A DNA stretch of 63,484 nt, the filler included, from Octopus bimaculoides (lineage: Eukaryota): the NCBI RefSeq assembly GCF_001194135.2. It is 9 parts of 9 records of this genome, joined end to end, with 100 filler letters (N's around TTAATTAATTAA, not from the genome) between each part and the next. Parts side by side here need not be neighbours in the genome. Positions count along the whole stretch, not along the records: positions 1 to 28,666 come from NC_068987.1; 8 more parts are not named here. One strand, written 5' to 3'. The notes beneath the pieces are model-generated. The model was not told where the DNA came from and searched no databases. It saw only the letters and a list, made by a program, of their open reading frames with translations. Position numbers and translations under genes: made by a program. Below are positions 1-11,586 of this stretch, one piece after another (the stretch's first letter is position 1; each line of letters starts with the position of its first letter).

Positions 1-26
1 ATGATGATGATGATGTTATGGCTGGG

Positions 27-235
27 GAAGAGCAGCAAGCTGGCAGAAACATCAGCACTTCAGATAAAATACTTACCAGCATTTCTTCCAGCTTTATGTT
101 CTGAGTTCAAATGCCTTCAAGGTTGGCTTTGCTTTTCGTCCTTTTGGGGTTGATAAAATAAATATGAATAGAGCATTGGCGTCAATATAATCTTCTGCCC
201 ACCCCCTGAAAATTGCTTGCCAAAAATTAGAAAGT
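27..235 (+). mobile_element. tRNA-derived SINE, family A (CpG-decayed copy)
   Basis: AGCTGGCAGAA A-box-like head, GAGTTCAAAT B-box-like motif, TTTGCTTTTCGTCCTTTTGGGGTTGATAAA central domain; homologous to many other copies in the window. Confidence 0.75.
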
Positions 236-409
236 AAATGTAATGGTTAGGGAAGCCTCATTAAGTTCAGTTTGCATTGATATTTCACGTCGCGATCAGC
301 GTATATCTTCCACCCCAGACAGAATTCACTGTATGCATGTGTCGACTCTTGTTCAATGATTCCTCCTTGTTGTCATCATTATCATCGTAGTTTGCATTTT
401 CTGTTCCAG

Positions 410-610
410 GATCAAACAACATTTGTGTGTGTGTGTATTGCTGAGTTCCTGTCTCTGTATGAAACAGAGCGATTGGTTCAGGAACTAACACGTTATGGCA
501 TCGACACTCATAACATAGTGGTCAACCAGCTACTATTTGTGTCAAAAGGTGAGCAAACGTGTAAGATGTGCAAATCCCGTCACAAAATACAGTCCAAATA
601 CATCGATCAA
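410..610 (+). CDS. ASNA1: ATPase ASNA1/GET3 (TRC40), penultimate coding exon
   Basis: ttccAG|GAT at 408-410 and CAA|GTAAGT at 610/611; 201 nt, phase 0/0. Encodes [43 protein letters not shown]...[17 protein letters not shown], including the conserved [13 protein letters not shown] block and the CxxC zinc-dimerisation motif. Confidence 0.97.
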
Positions 611-837
611 GTAAGTGGAATTTTAATCTTTCATTTTGTTTTTTTCCCCCTGCGCTATTCTCTATTTGCTTTTAAGAGGGTGTGTTTAGTACAGTTACAA
701 TATCAACTCTCCAGGCATTAATGGCCCAGGACCTCTGATAATTCACGCTAATTTACAAACAGGAACTTCAGATTCCTGAAGCTGCTACACTAGTTTACTG
801 GTACCTTGCATTAATGAACTTGTATTAATTATACTAA

Positions 838-1025
838 TGAAGGCAGCAAGCTGGCAGAATCATCAGCACACTGGACAAAAAATTTAATGGGATTTCGCCT
901 GTCTTTACATTCTGAGTTCAAATTCCGCTGAGGTTGACTTTGCCTCATCCTTTCGGGGTCAATGTAATTGACTAGTCCCCTCCCCCCAAATTTCAGGCCT
1001 TTTGCCTTCAGTAGAAAGGATTATT
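838..1025 (+). mobile_element. SINE family A copy in ASNA1 intron
   Basis: aaggcagcaagctggcagaatc...ctgagttcaaattccgctgaggttgactttgcc...aatttcaggcct...agtagaaaggattatt. Confidence 0.8.
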
Positions 1026-1349
1026 TACATTAATGTACGGTTACCTGTATTTCATTTAATTATCTAAGTGGATTTAATATTTGTTTAATTCAGAGTGTGT
1101 TGACCAAGGTGCCCACCCCTGGTTTGGAAAAAAATCACTAATTGGGAAAGGCTTTGTAACGAAAAGTTCTGGAAAATCAATGTTGTACATATAAATACTT
1201 CTCATTTCTTTGACACATTTGTAACTGCTCATCATCATCACTGTCATTTTTTCCTCTCTTTCCAAGTTTTCTCCTTAAATTTATATGTGTGTGTGTGTGT
1301 GTGTGTGTGTTTTTATGTTCAGTTATAATAAAAAACAATTTTACATTAA

Positions 1350-1750
1350 TCTGATGGATTGCTCTATACTTCTGTAGAGTACAAGTTTATTATTCTTAAA
1401 CAAGAATACTATTAACAGTGACTTCAAAGTTTTGGCCAAATAAGCCATCATCAGACTGCAATACTTTGAAGTTACTCTTGGCTTTATACAGTCTCTGTTG
1501 TGGATTTGTTTGAGTGGAGTGGTAATTAGGTTTTTAGGGTGGGTTGTTTTGAAGAGGAATTTTGGAAAAATTTTTATTGATTAAATTTGGGGTTATGTTA
1601 TTATTGTTTAGAATTTATTCATACATGTAGAACTTTGTAAACAAGTATATAGGTGTGTCCCTCTTGCTAGGTCAGCACAAGATGTGACTACTTTTTGTTG
1701 TTTTTGGTTTTATTGGATTTCATCCAATAAAGGTCAAAGGTACAAAATTC
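1350..1750 (-). mobile_element. Probable Penelope-like element 3' remnant
   Basis: Contains a hammerhead-like motif (1416-1458) preceded on the minus strand by an A/C-rich decayed ORF-like stretch. The Penelope assignment is inferred mainly from the motif. Confidence 0.35.
1416..1458 (-). ncRNA. Degenerate minimal type I hammerhead ribozyme motif
   Basis: Minus strand: CAGT-CTGATGA-TGGC-TTATTTG-GCC-AAAAC-TTTGAA-GTC-ACTG. Stem I CAGT/ACTG, stem II GGC/GCC, stem III ACTT/AAGT, GTC triplet. The core GAAA is mutated to AAAA. Confidence 0.5.
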
Positions 1751-1799
1751 AGTATTTAAACTTTTAGTAATTGGGTGATTTTTTTTTTTTTTTTTCACA

Positions 1800-2860
1800 A
1801 AGATGGTGTGCTCTAGCTGCTTAGCAGCATTTTGTCTGTCTTAAAGTTCAAATTCTATCAACATCAACTTTGACTTTTATCATTTTGAGGTCAATAAAAT
1901 AAGTACCAGTCAAGTACTGGAAACTGATATAATCAACTAGACTCCTTCCCCAAAATTTCAGGCCTTGTGCCTATAGTAAAAAGGATTATTATTATTATTA
2001 TGAAGGTGGCAAGCTGGTAGAATCGTTAGTGCACCAGGCAAAATGCTTAGCAGTATTTCAAGTTCTAAGTTCAATTTCCATGAGGTTGATTTTGCCTTTC
2101 ATACTTCTGGGGGTCAATGAAATTAGTACCAGTGGAGCACTGAGGTCGATGTGATCAACTAGCCCTGTACCCCAGATTTCAGGATTTGTGCTATAGTAGA
2201 AACGATTATTATTATTATAAACATGGCAAGCTTGCAGAATTGTTAGCACGCTGGGACAAAATGCTTTGTGGTATTTCATCCATCTTTACATTCTGAGGTT
2301 AAACTTTACCTTTCATCCTTTTGGAGTCAATAAAATAAATACCAGTTGAGTCCTGTGGTCTATGTAATCAACTTGCCTTCTCTCACATAATTCCAGGCCT
2401 TGTGCCTTGTAGAAAAATAGATTATCATGCAACAAGCTGGCAGAATCATTAGCATCCCTCACAAAATGCTTCATGGCATTTCTTGTCTTTATGTTCTGAG
2501 TTCAAATTCCATCAAGGTTGATTTTGCCTTTCATCCTCTTGGAGGGTCAATAAAATAAGTACCAGTTGAGCATTGGGGTCAGTGTATTCAACTACCCTCT
2601 CCTCCAAAATTCTTGGTCTTGTGCCTACAGTAGAAAGGATTAAGCAACAAACTGGCAGAATCATTAGCAGACTGGAAAATATGCTTAACAGCATTTCTTC
2701 CAACTTTACATTCAGAGTTCAAATACCATCAGATTTGACTTTGCCTTTCATCCTTTCAGAGTCAATGAAATAAATACCAGTTGAACACTGGAGTTGATGC
2801 AATTGACATAGCTGCTTCCCTGAAATTGCTGGCCTTGTACCAAAATTTGAAACCATTATG
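1800..2860 (+). mobile_element. Head-to-tail array of five family A SINEs
   Basis: About 210-bp units starting near 1800, 2000, 2222, 2430 and 2645, each with the agctggcagaatc head, ttctgagttcaaattc motif and ggccttgtgcc tail; linked by (ATT)n tails. Confidence 0.85.
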
Positions 2861-2869
2861 ATTATTATT

Positions 2870-3411
2870 GAGTGAGAGAGCAGTACATGCTATCAAAGTG
2901 ACTCTGGGGTAAAATATATGAAGCCCAGTATACCCGTCTGATAAAGGTACACCAGGCAGATGCTTCACAACCATATGTGCATAACATAGTAATCTCATAT
3001 CAAGATAAACAGCACATGACCTTGCAAGTAGAGCCCAGTTACAATTTTCTTCAGGTCGAATACCCCATTCCGCTCAAAAGGTCCCTGAATAAGGGTTGCT
3101 TAAGGATGTCAAGCAAAACACCCATGTTTCCAAAGGTGAATTATTCAAACCCCAAAGAATTCTTCTCAACACATGGCTATGATGCTCCCCCACTACTTCT
3201 GCTCGTGATCAGAGATGCACATATCGTCAGCCACCAAGGGACATGCTCAACTGGTCAAGGTCAAACTACTGACAAGCAAATCTGTGGCATTGAGCAGAAT
3301 ATTTGCTGTAGCCCATCTTTTATACCAAAACAAAACAATGTACATGATAACACTTCCAATCAATTAAGATCAGAAGTCATGAGAGCCACTGCCTGGTACT
3401 GCACCCAGGCA

Positions 3412-3425
<14 letters not shown>
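2870..3425. repeat. Unclassified interspersed repeat with (TAT)n end
   Basis: Complex sequence bounded by (ATT)n tracts at both ends, next to the SINE array. The overlapping 155-aa ORF has no recognisable motif. Confidence 0.4.
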
Positions 3426-3443
<18 letters not shown>

Positions 3444-3918
3444 GAATGGAGTAAGTGGAGCAAGAACACACACGAAAACAAAAAGTGTCGCTGAAGATGT
3501 GTGACAAAAGATTTCCGGACAGTGGACATGAGTGAAGAAAGAATACATAGTGCATGTGTTTATTTGGCAAAAAAAACCAAAAAAAAACGACCATTCTGAT
3601 ATGTAATAATATTATTATTCACTGCTGGTCCACTACATATCACTGATGTCTACACCTCAACTGGTTACATATTCACCTCTGCTTTACATCCATCTACTTG
3701 CTTGATTGTGTGAAACATTGATATATATTTAATTACGTATTTATTTGCACTCAAAAATGGACTGTACTAATTACTTTAATGTTTACACCTGTAAACTGCA
3801 ACTCAGGTACAAACACACATGCACTGAATATAATTCATTTGCTTATTTCATTTCTACTTTCTCTTACATATACACTGTACTTATAATTACTTTTCGTTTG
3901 TTTTTTTTTATCCTCCAG

Positions 3919-4041
3919 ATCCTTGATCTATATGAAGATTTCCACATCACCCAGCTACCTTTGATGGATGAGGAAGTACGAGGGGCTGAAAAAATAAAGA
4001 GTTTTTCCAAATATCTCATCACCCCTTACATACCTCGATAA
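3919..4041 (+). CDS. ASNA1: ASNA1/GET3 terminal coding exon
   Basis: Polypyrimidine tract then tccAG|ATC at 3917-3919. Encodes [40 protein letters not shown], matching the ASNA1 C-terminus (DLYEDFH..LP...EVRG). In phase with the previous exon. Confidence 0.97.
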   Translation: MLDLYEDFHITQLPLMDEEVRGAEKIKSFSKYLITPYIPR

Positions 4042-4272
4042 CAATACAACCACAGCCCTTTCAACTTCACACTATTGTGTTCCCTCTCTTTCTCTCTCTC
4101 CCCCCTCTCTTTTCTTTCTATCTATTTAGCTACCCTATGTCTCTATCCTGTCTCTTTATCTATCTCATTGATTCTATCTGTATGTCACTAGCTAGCTACA
4201 TCTCTAGCTAATTGCTCTATTACCTTTCTCTCTCTCTCTCTGCATATCTTTTATTACTTTTGCCCAGTACAC

Positions 4273-4278
4273 AATAAA
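4273..4278 (+). promoter_or_regulatory. Candidate ASNA1 polyadenylation signal
   Basis: First AATAAA after the stop codon, about 230 nt downstream. No transcript support. Confidence 0.3.
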
Positions 4279-5006
4279 ACTAGATTTGCTCCTGACAGCT
4301 GTCTTCATATCAGCTTTTCTCCTCTCCCTTTCATTCCTTTTTTTTTTTTAACCTTTTGTACTATTCTTGTTAGGCTTCATTAGCTTAATGAATAAGGCGC
4401 ACGTCTTCTGGATAATGAACAATTGTATTCATATCTTATCACAGCCATTATATCTGGACAGAAAGGCTTAAATCTGCCTTAAGGAATCACAAGTAATTAT
4501 TAAAATTATTAAGGCTGGGAATTTGGTGATGTATTCTTCTTAAGAGATTATTTAATTGTGGGGATTATTAACCTCACCTTTACAGGTGTGGCTGAGATTA
4601 TCAATATTTACTGGGAAAATGTGTGATAAGTTTGCTTAATGCTTTGATATTTATTCTTTGAATCTTTAAAACCAGGATCAGTTTTTGCCTTTCATTTGAC
4701 CAGGATCAATAAAACAGTTATTAGCAACATACTAAGGTCAATTCATTTACCTTATACATGTCTTAAGAAAGTGGTTGAAGAATTGTCGGTGAAACGCCAA
4801 ACAAAATGATATTTAGTTTACTTTTATTTTTGCTTTGAATTCAAACCCTACTCTCAAGGCCAACTTTACCTTTTATTTTTTCCCCGGAGTCAAAAAATAA
4901 GAGCCGTTAGTATACTGGATCAATTTGACAAAGTGCCCCTCCAAAAATATGTAACCTTGTGCCAATGTAAGAAATTATTATCATCATTATTATTATTATT
5001 ATTATT

Positions 5007-5225
5007 AGGGTGGCGAGCTGGTTGAATCATTAGCACACTGGACAAAATGCTTAGTGGCATTCATCCGTCTTTACATTCTGAGTTCAAATTCTGCTCAGGT
5101 TGATTTTGCCTTTCATCTTTTCAGAGTCGATAAAATAAGTACCAGTTGAGTACTGAGGTTGATGTAACTGACTAGCCCCTTCCTCCAAAATTTCAGGCCA
5201 TGTGCCTGTTGCAAGAAAGGATTAC
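5007..5225 (+). mobile_element. SINE family A copy
   Basis: gggtggcgagctggttgaatc...ctgagttcaaattc...gtcgataaaataagtaccagttgag...aatttcaggcc, inserted in an (ATT)n tract. Confidence 0.8.
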
Positions 5226-5522
5226 TATCATTATTAATATTCGTACTGAGGTCATTTTGATTTTCTCTTGTTCTCAATAAAATATCAGTAAGATATGTCT
5301 TAAAGGCAACTGACTATACAATCTTCCCAACAAAAACTGGTCTTGTTCAAAGAAATCATTATTATTATTATTATTTTTATTATTATCATCATTATTATTA
5401 TTATTATTATCATTATTGAGAGAATGATGAGCTGAGTAAAAATATTACAAACATCATTGTGTGATGTTTAATTCATTTTTCATTGTTCTGGGTTCCAATC
5501 ATACAGTTAAATAAGTAAATAA

Positions 5523-5553
<31 letters not shown>

Positions 5554-6419
5554 GCATGCACACATGAGAAGGATGGAATTAACTGAGTCTTAAATTAGTA
5601 TTTTAAAGCTGGTTATTTAACACTATTATCCTTTTTTAGAAATGTAATGAAACAAAAAATGTCTGGGCACATACGAGGTATTACAACAGGTAATTGTGAA
5701 ATGAGGTATTGTGAAGATCCAAGTTGTCTGAGACTTTAAATTTCACTTACCAGCTTATTCTACCAGTACTTTGTAATAATTACATTTTAACATACACATA
5801 TACACTTATTTGCTGAGTGTATGTGTGAAGAGCCAAGGTAAAACCAGTTTAGCTTGGGAACTAAATCCCCTACTTCCTATCTTGTGCAATGAAGAAGCTT
5901 TCCCAACCTATATTACTTATCTGCCATGTTACAAAGTCATGAAAGGATTTGGTAATCTTAAACCTTTCAGTTAATACACATGCTTCTGCCCTAACTGCAT
6001 GGAGAAGATATGAGCTCTGCAAGCTGCAGCAGAAGTAATCTGTTTAGGAGAGCGGTAACTCTGAATGAAAACTGCTACAGTGTAGGTGGGACACTTCAGT
6101 ATTGAGAAACTGCCTCAAGATAAAATGCTCTTAGTCTATGTTGTAAAATGAGTGGTGATAGGTAGAGCAAACAAAAATTGAAAAGAAAAGAAAATATCTT
6201 ACCAAAGCATGGTAGTCACAAATATATGGAAAACTCCTAAGTAACAAATTTACTGCATTAGTTCTGCACATACTAATGGAGTGGACCAGGTGTGAAAAAA
6301 TCTGACATTGTATGAACACACCAGTTCCCTTCTTGATTAAACATTAAACAACCTACTCGTTACGGGAAACCCTATTTCTCTCACTTTGTATCAAGCCTCA
6401 GGTCTTATGATGTTTATAT

Positions 6420-7850
6420 TGGCATGAATAAACGTTGATCATGAGGTATTCTAGAGAGTTTCAAGAAAAGGCAAGTAGTTGTGTACACAAATAAATATGT
6501 GATATGTACAAGCAGGAGTCTCACATGGACAACTCCAAGGCAAGAAGCACAAATTCTTCTGGGCAGAAGTAGGCAGATTGTTTGCAGAGAAATGACAAAA
6601 TAATATAACTGAGGTGTCAGGACTGACAAGCGAGCAAAAGCTTTGTTCAAATGATGGACTACCATGTTTACAAATGGCACTGAATTTGTTGTCATTGCTG
6701 GTACATTTAATGGACACCATGACAGGTACTCTGATACACCTGGAAGTTATAGGTATGGTATTAGAAATGAAGAGAAATCAAGAGTTTGGGAACTGCAATT
6801 CAAATGACATAACCATGTGCAACTTTAGAAAACTGATCAACCACCTGGCAATAGATTTCATACTCACCATGAAGTAGAACTGGTGAATACAAAGTCCATC
6901 CCTTGTGAAGAATGTAACACTGAACATATCTTGAGGTCACTGTTTACAATTATAACAGCTGAGATAGTCAAAGGTGCAAGACAATCTAGAAAAGGGAAAG
7001 GAACGTATGGAGGTTAAAAATCTCCTGTATACAGAGATAGGGTTTAAAAAAATAAGAGGAAATAGAGACTTAGAGGAAAACTGAACATCTACGAGATATG
7101 TTGTGCTCCACAGACAGAGTCATTCGCTGAGGCAAGATTCCAGCCAGACAGGGTGGAATGATACAGTGGGGAGAACCATAAAAACTAAGACAAGCCTGAG
7201 AAATTATGAAGAAAAGGGATGCGCAAGGAACAATATCAGGGAGACTCAACAAAGAGAGAGAGCCTAGAAGTGGTTTACCAATGTTTTGTGGCACAAAATG
7301 TATTTCTGGATTGCAAGTCATTGAAAATCAAGATGTCTTTGAGGTAAGAGGAAAAGTATACACAAAATGACAGTGCATTCCCTTCCACTGATATTGAGAA
7401 GAAAGATACAGCAACACGTTACTGAATTTGTGGGAGAATGAGGGATTGACCTAAAAGAGGGACCAAATGCTGAAGTCAACAGTTATGTGGCTAAAAGGGT
7501 CATTAAGGATGAAAATAGCTAAGGTGTTGAAAATGTGCAATAGCAAGGTGTTATCCCCCATGACTGACATGCCAGTATCATCATCAAATGCTACAAGGAT
7601 AAAGGAGATGCTCTTGAACAAAGTAATCACAAAGGCATCTACTTGATAAATTGAGTCATAAAAACAACAAACAGTGTTATGTTGCAACTAATTACGAAGG
7701 AAATTAGCTTAGGTTTGTGCCAGACAGGATGCCGCTGATACTGTCCTTCCAGTGAGACAACTACAGGACAAGCTCTATTTAAGAGCAAGTCACTCTACTT
7801 GGCATGCATCAAACTGAAGAAGGCTTATGACGGTGCCACTCACGTGCACA
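6420..7850 (+). mobile_element. Degenerate RTE-clade LINE (APE endonuclease plus start of RT)
   Basis: Frameshifted remnants: QGKKHKFFWA...LFAEK (APE), GYGxRNEE-like segment near 6745, and near 7710-7840 'LGLCQTG..DTVLPVRQLQDK...LYLACIKLKKAYD', matching the FGFVPG...RQLQEK...DLEKAFD RT motif. Confidence 0.7.
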
Positions 7851-8206
7851 TTGAGATATGTACTAAGGTATATATATTATATATATATATATTATATATA
7901 TATGTATATATATTATATATATATATATTATATATANNNNNNNNNNACAGACGTATGTATATACACACACACATATATATATATATATAGATAAAGGTAA
8001 CTTTATCTATATAACCTGCTTTAAGTAAGACAGAGTTATAAAATTCAGCCTTGTCGTTGAAAATGTAACTTATATACATATATACTCCATTTATTTATTT
8101 ATACATATTATACAAAATATTTCACATAAACCCAGAGTTTCTACCTTTAAAAATAAGGTGTTACGCCCTTTTTACTTCTATGTTTTTTTTTTGTTTGTTT
8201 TTTTTG

Positions 8207-9050
8207 CTACCCTGGTAACTCTTTATTTATTCCGGGCTTTGTCCTTAAATGTGGCATGGTACCAGCAGAGCTGATAATCCCCATAAAGTGACGCAGTTGG
8301 CGTAAAGAAGAGGGAGGTGAGATGTATTGAATTGCATTGGCTTTGGAGAGAGGTCGGATACCATTAGAGTCGATATAATGACCTAGGAAGTCCAGAGAGG
8401 GTTGTCCGAAAACACACTTATCGGGGTTAATTCGCACATTGTAGGTGCGAAGACGCTGAAAAGGTTGAGATAAGTGTTGGAGGTGATTTTCATGCGTGTC
8501 GCTAGCTATGAGCAAATCGTCGACGTAAGCGAACACAAAGTCAAGTCCACAGACAACTTCGTCAATAAACCTCTGGAATGTACTCGTTACATTCCGCAAA
8601 CCAAAGCTCATAAACAGGAACTCGAAACTTCCAAAAGGGGTGGTAACGGCAATTTTTGGAATGTCGTCAGGGTTCATCGGAATTTGATGAAAAGCCCAGA
8701 TGAGGTCAACCTTGGAAAAAATAGTACAACCGTGCAAGTTTGAAGAAAAATCCTGGAGATTCCTTATCGGATAGCGATCGGGAACAGTGACCGAATTAAA
8801 ACATCTGTAATCCCCCACTGGGCAAAAATCTGAATCCCCTTTCCGTGCCAAATGTAGAATAGATGCCCAAAGGCTGGTGGAGGGGTGAATAAGGCCGAGT
8901 TGAAGCATATGCTCAAACTCAGATTGAGCTTTTTTGAGCCGATCAGGGGTGAGTCGCCGTGGACGCGAAAGGACGGGTGGTTCAGAAGTAGTGATATAAT
9001 GGCGCGTCGAGTGTGTGACTGACTGATTTGAAAGTCGGATCTACCAGCTC
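8207..9050 (-). mobile_element. Ty3/gypsy LTR-retrotransposon pol fragment (RT)
   Basis: HYITTSEPPVLSRPRRLTPDRLKKAQSEFEHMLQLG...DYRCFNSVTVPDRYPI...FSKVDLIWAFHQIP...FGLRN...TFQRFID...AYVDDLLIAS (YVDD catalytic motif)...FLGH. No LTR pair or integrase is visible. Confidence 0.92.
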
Positions 9051-9529
9051 TGGGAAAGAAGCCAAATTGTTTCCTCTTCGATAATATACATATACTATAC
9101 TAGTTGATTGACCAGCCGTTCTCTTGCTACTATATTGGTAAATGTTTTCTTACATTCTTTTAGAAGAAATTCAAATGAAGAAACATTTTAGATACGCACA
9201 TGAAGTTTGTTATTGCATTTGGGCTTCTTGTAAGAGAAGGCTATCAGAATCTTTGTAATCGTTAATATATGACATTTAATATAAAGACAATTTGACGGCT
9301 GTTTTATTCGCAAATTAGTCACATGACGACAAACTTTTGACAGCCGATATATTTTCATACCCACCACTCAACTACAAAAATAAATTGAAACAACAAATGA
9401 ATCACTTTGATCTCTTCATTTGTTAACTCTATCCTCTCTAAAGCGCTTTTTCATAACTGGTTAATAATTCTATATACCAGAAATGTATTAAATGCTAATA
9501 AGATATAGGTTTTCGCTGTCATTTTCGTA

Positions 9530-11185
9530 TGTTTGTCATTCAGTTTGATAATTGATTCATTCAAAGTCGCGAAAAAAATTAATGCCATGAAGTTAATCGC
9601 TCAAATTCGTTTTCAATCTTTCAATTTCGCACTTCAGTCAAAGAATTTAACATTTACATCATTCAAAATAAAATGCAAGAGCATTCATATTGGTCGGAAT
9701 GCGAGGAAGCGTCTTGTCAAGCATTCAAATTTGCATGTGAGCTTTCGAGTTCGGAATAAGTGTATTTAAACACTGATTTTGCGTGTTTTTACTCACATTC
9801 TGAGAAGTGAATATTAATAATGACAGATTTAAATGACATATTTTGCCATGCAAATTTTATTATGTTGTTATAGCTACAAGGAAAAAATAAATTACGTGAT
9901 TCTTCTGTCCACGAAAGTCTTTATTGCAACATTCATAACCGGTCGGTATCAGTTGCATTTTATTATCCCTTTCTCTTACACCAACTGGTAACNNNNNNNN
10001 NNNNNNNNNNNNNNNNNNNNNNNNNNNNNNNNNNNNNNNNNNNNNNNNNNNNNNNNNNNNNNNNNNNNNNNNNNNNNNNNNNNNNNNNNNNNNNNNNNNN
10101 NNNNNNNNNNNNNNNNNNNNNNNNNNNNNNNNNNNNNNNNNNNNNNNNNNNNNNNNNNNNNNNNNNGTAGCGACCTACCTACGGTCTGGGAGGCGCCACA
10201 AGTTGCCCAGAGAAGGTGCTCACCACGTTAGGGTTGATGAGGAAATGCGAGCCAGGCTTCAGATGATTATCGATGCCAGTCACTCGCAACCTTTCAACAG
10301 ACGAAGAGGAACTTAGCGGCAGCATTGCCCAGAAAGCTGCCTGTTTCTGTATCGTCGGCATGGCGTATTCATTGATGAATGTGGATACAACATTTGGACC
10401 CGGCGGTCTTTTGGATGAGCTCGTCGAGGCGTTCTTGTTCACCGAGTTGTTGACCGTCAGCGTGGGAAAACCTGCAGCGTAACTTTTGCGGTGTCGGGAG
10501 AAATCGGCCTAGTTCACCACTCCATTGCGAACGATACTGTTATACGAAACTCTTCCGAGGAGTTCTTGTAAGAAAGAGTTTGAGCATGTGCTGCTATGTT
10601 CCCAGCAACAACACGCGGCCACATGTTCGTGCCGAGCTCTCAGCTGACGCCTACCCACGGATCAGTTTGAAGCTCTTGCCTCCCTACTCGTCGTTTCTTA
10701 ATTTTCTTAATTGTACAGTAATGGCGCATTCTGCCTTTAAGGTGGCTGTGAAGCGGAACTTCGCTCGAGCTGAGTTGCAGCAAAGAGTTAGCGACCGGGC
10801 AACTGCAGAAGAAGCCGACACGACCATGGAAGAATGGCGAGCACATGTCATACAATAGGTTGCAAGGCGTAACATCAACGCTATCACTCCAGAAAATTGT
10901 GTTCGTTGGTATAGACACACCCAGACCTACTTCCCGAGATGCCTCGACCGCCAGGAAATAGACGAATAAATCCTCTCAAACGAACTCTCCTTATCAAGAC
11001 TAAATCAATAATTATCCCCGAAATATATACTTTTCCCAACAAAACATATTATGCAAAAGAAAAAACATATCACGACATAATGTATTCAAAATTCAAGAAA
11101 ATGAGCATTTATTGTAATTGCGAGTTTCTTTAAAAAGATTGAAAAGGTTGGAATGCGATTTCATGAAGTTGTAGTGACAACTTAT
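9530..11185 (+). mobile_element. Decayed IS630/Tc1-like DDE transposon
   Basis: Frameshifted transposase: VFIDECGYNIWTRRS (first D), NNTRPH (second D mutated), LLPPYSSFLN (LPPYSPxLNPIE-like), ...RHTQTYFPRCLDRQEIDE*. Weak inverted similarity between the ends (catgaa..atcgc..ttttcaatcttt). The 5' part is interrupted by an N gap. Confidence 0.75.
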
Positions 11186-11195
11186 AGCAGACGAC

Positions 11196-11586
11196 TGTTA
11201 TATGTTCAATGTCCGGAGTTTTATCCACGCATGCGCAGGGACTAGTTCCGGAAGGAATACAGGAAGAGTCTCATGCGCATGCGTAGAGTTCGACACCCAG
11301 CTTTGGCGCCTTTTCTCAGTCTCTTCGTTGACTGATCTCCATCGAGCCAAGACGTCCAACAGAGCTCTCTCACATGTCAGCACCAGAGCTTCACAAATAA
11401 CCACAGAAATCATTCAGAAGGCGTCTTAGTAACCGAGGGCGACGAGCTACCAAATTCCCTCCAAGCGTGAACTGAATCCCACTGTAAATAAATATTGTTG
11501 TGTTGATAGTTCAGAGTTCTGCGTTCCGTTATTATTTAGAATTTAATATAGGAAAGCGGGTGTACACCTAATGGTGTATAACCACA
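11196..11586 (+). mobile_element. Possible solo LTR
   Basis: Starts TGTTATA and ends TATAACCACA, about 390 bp, CpG-rich, with GCGCATGCG motifs and an internal AATAAA. No target-site duplication found. Confidence 0.3.

Noticed and set aside
2977-3444. 155-aa ORF in the ASNA1 intron
   Set aside because: It lies in an interspersed repeat, has no recognisable motif and ends in a (TAT)n run.
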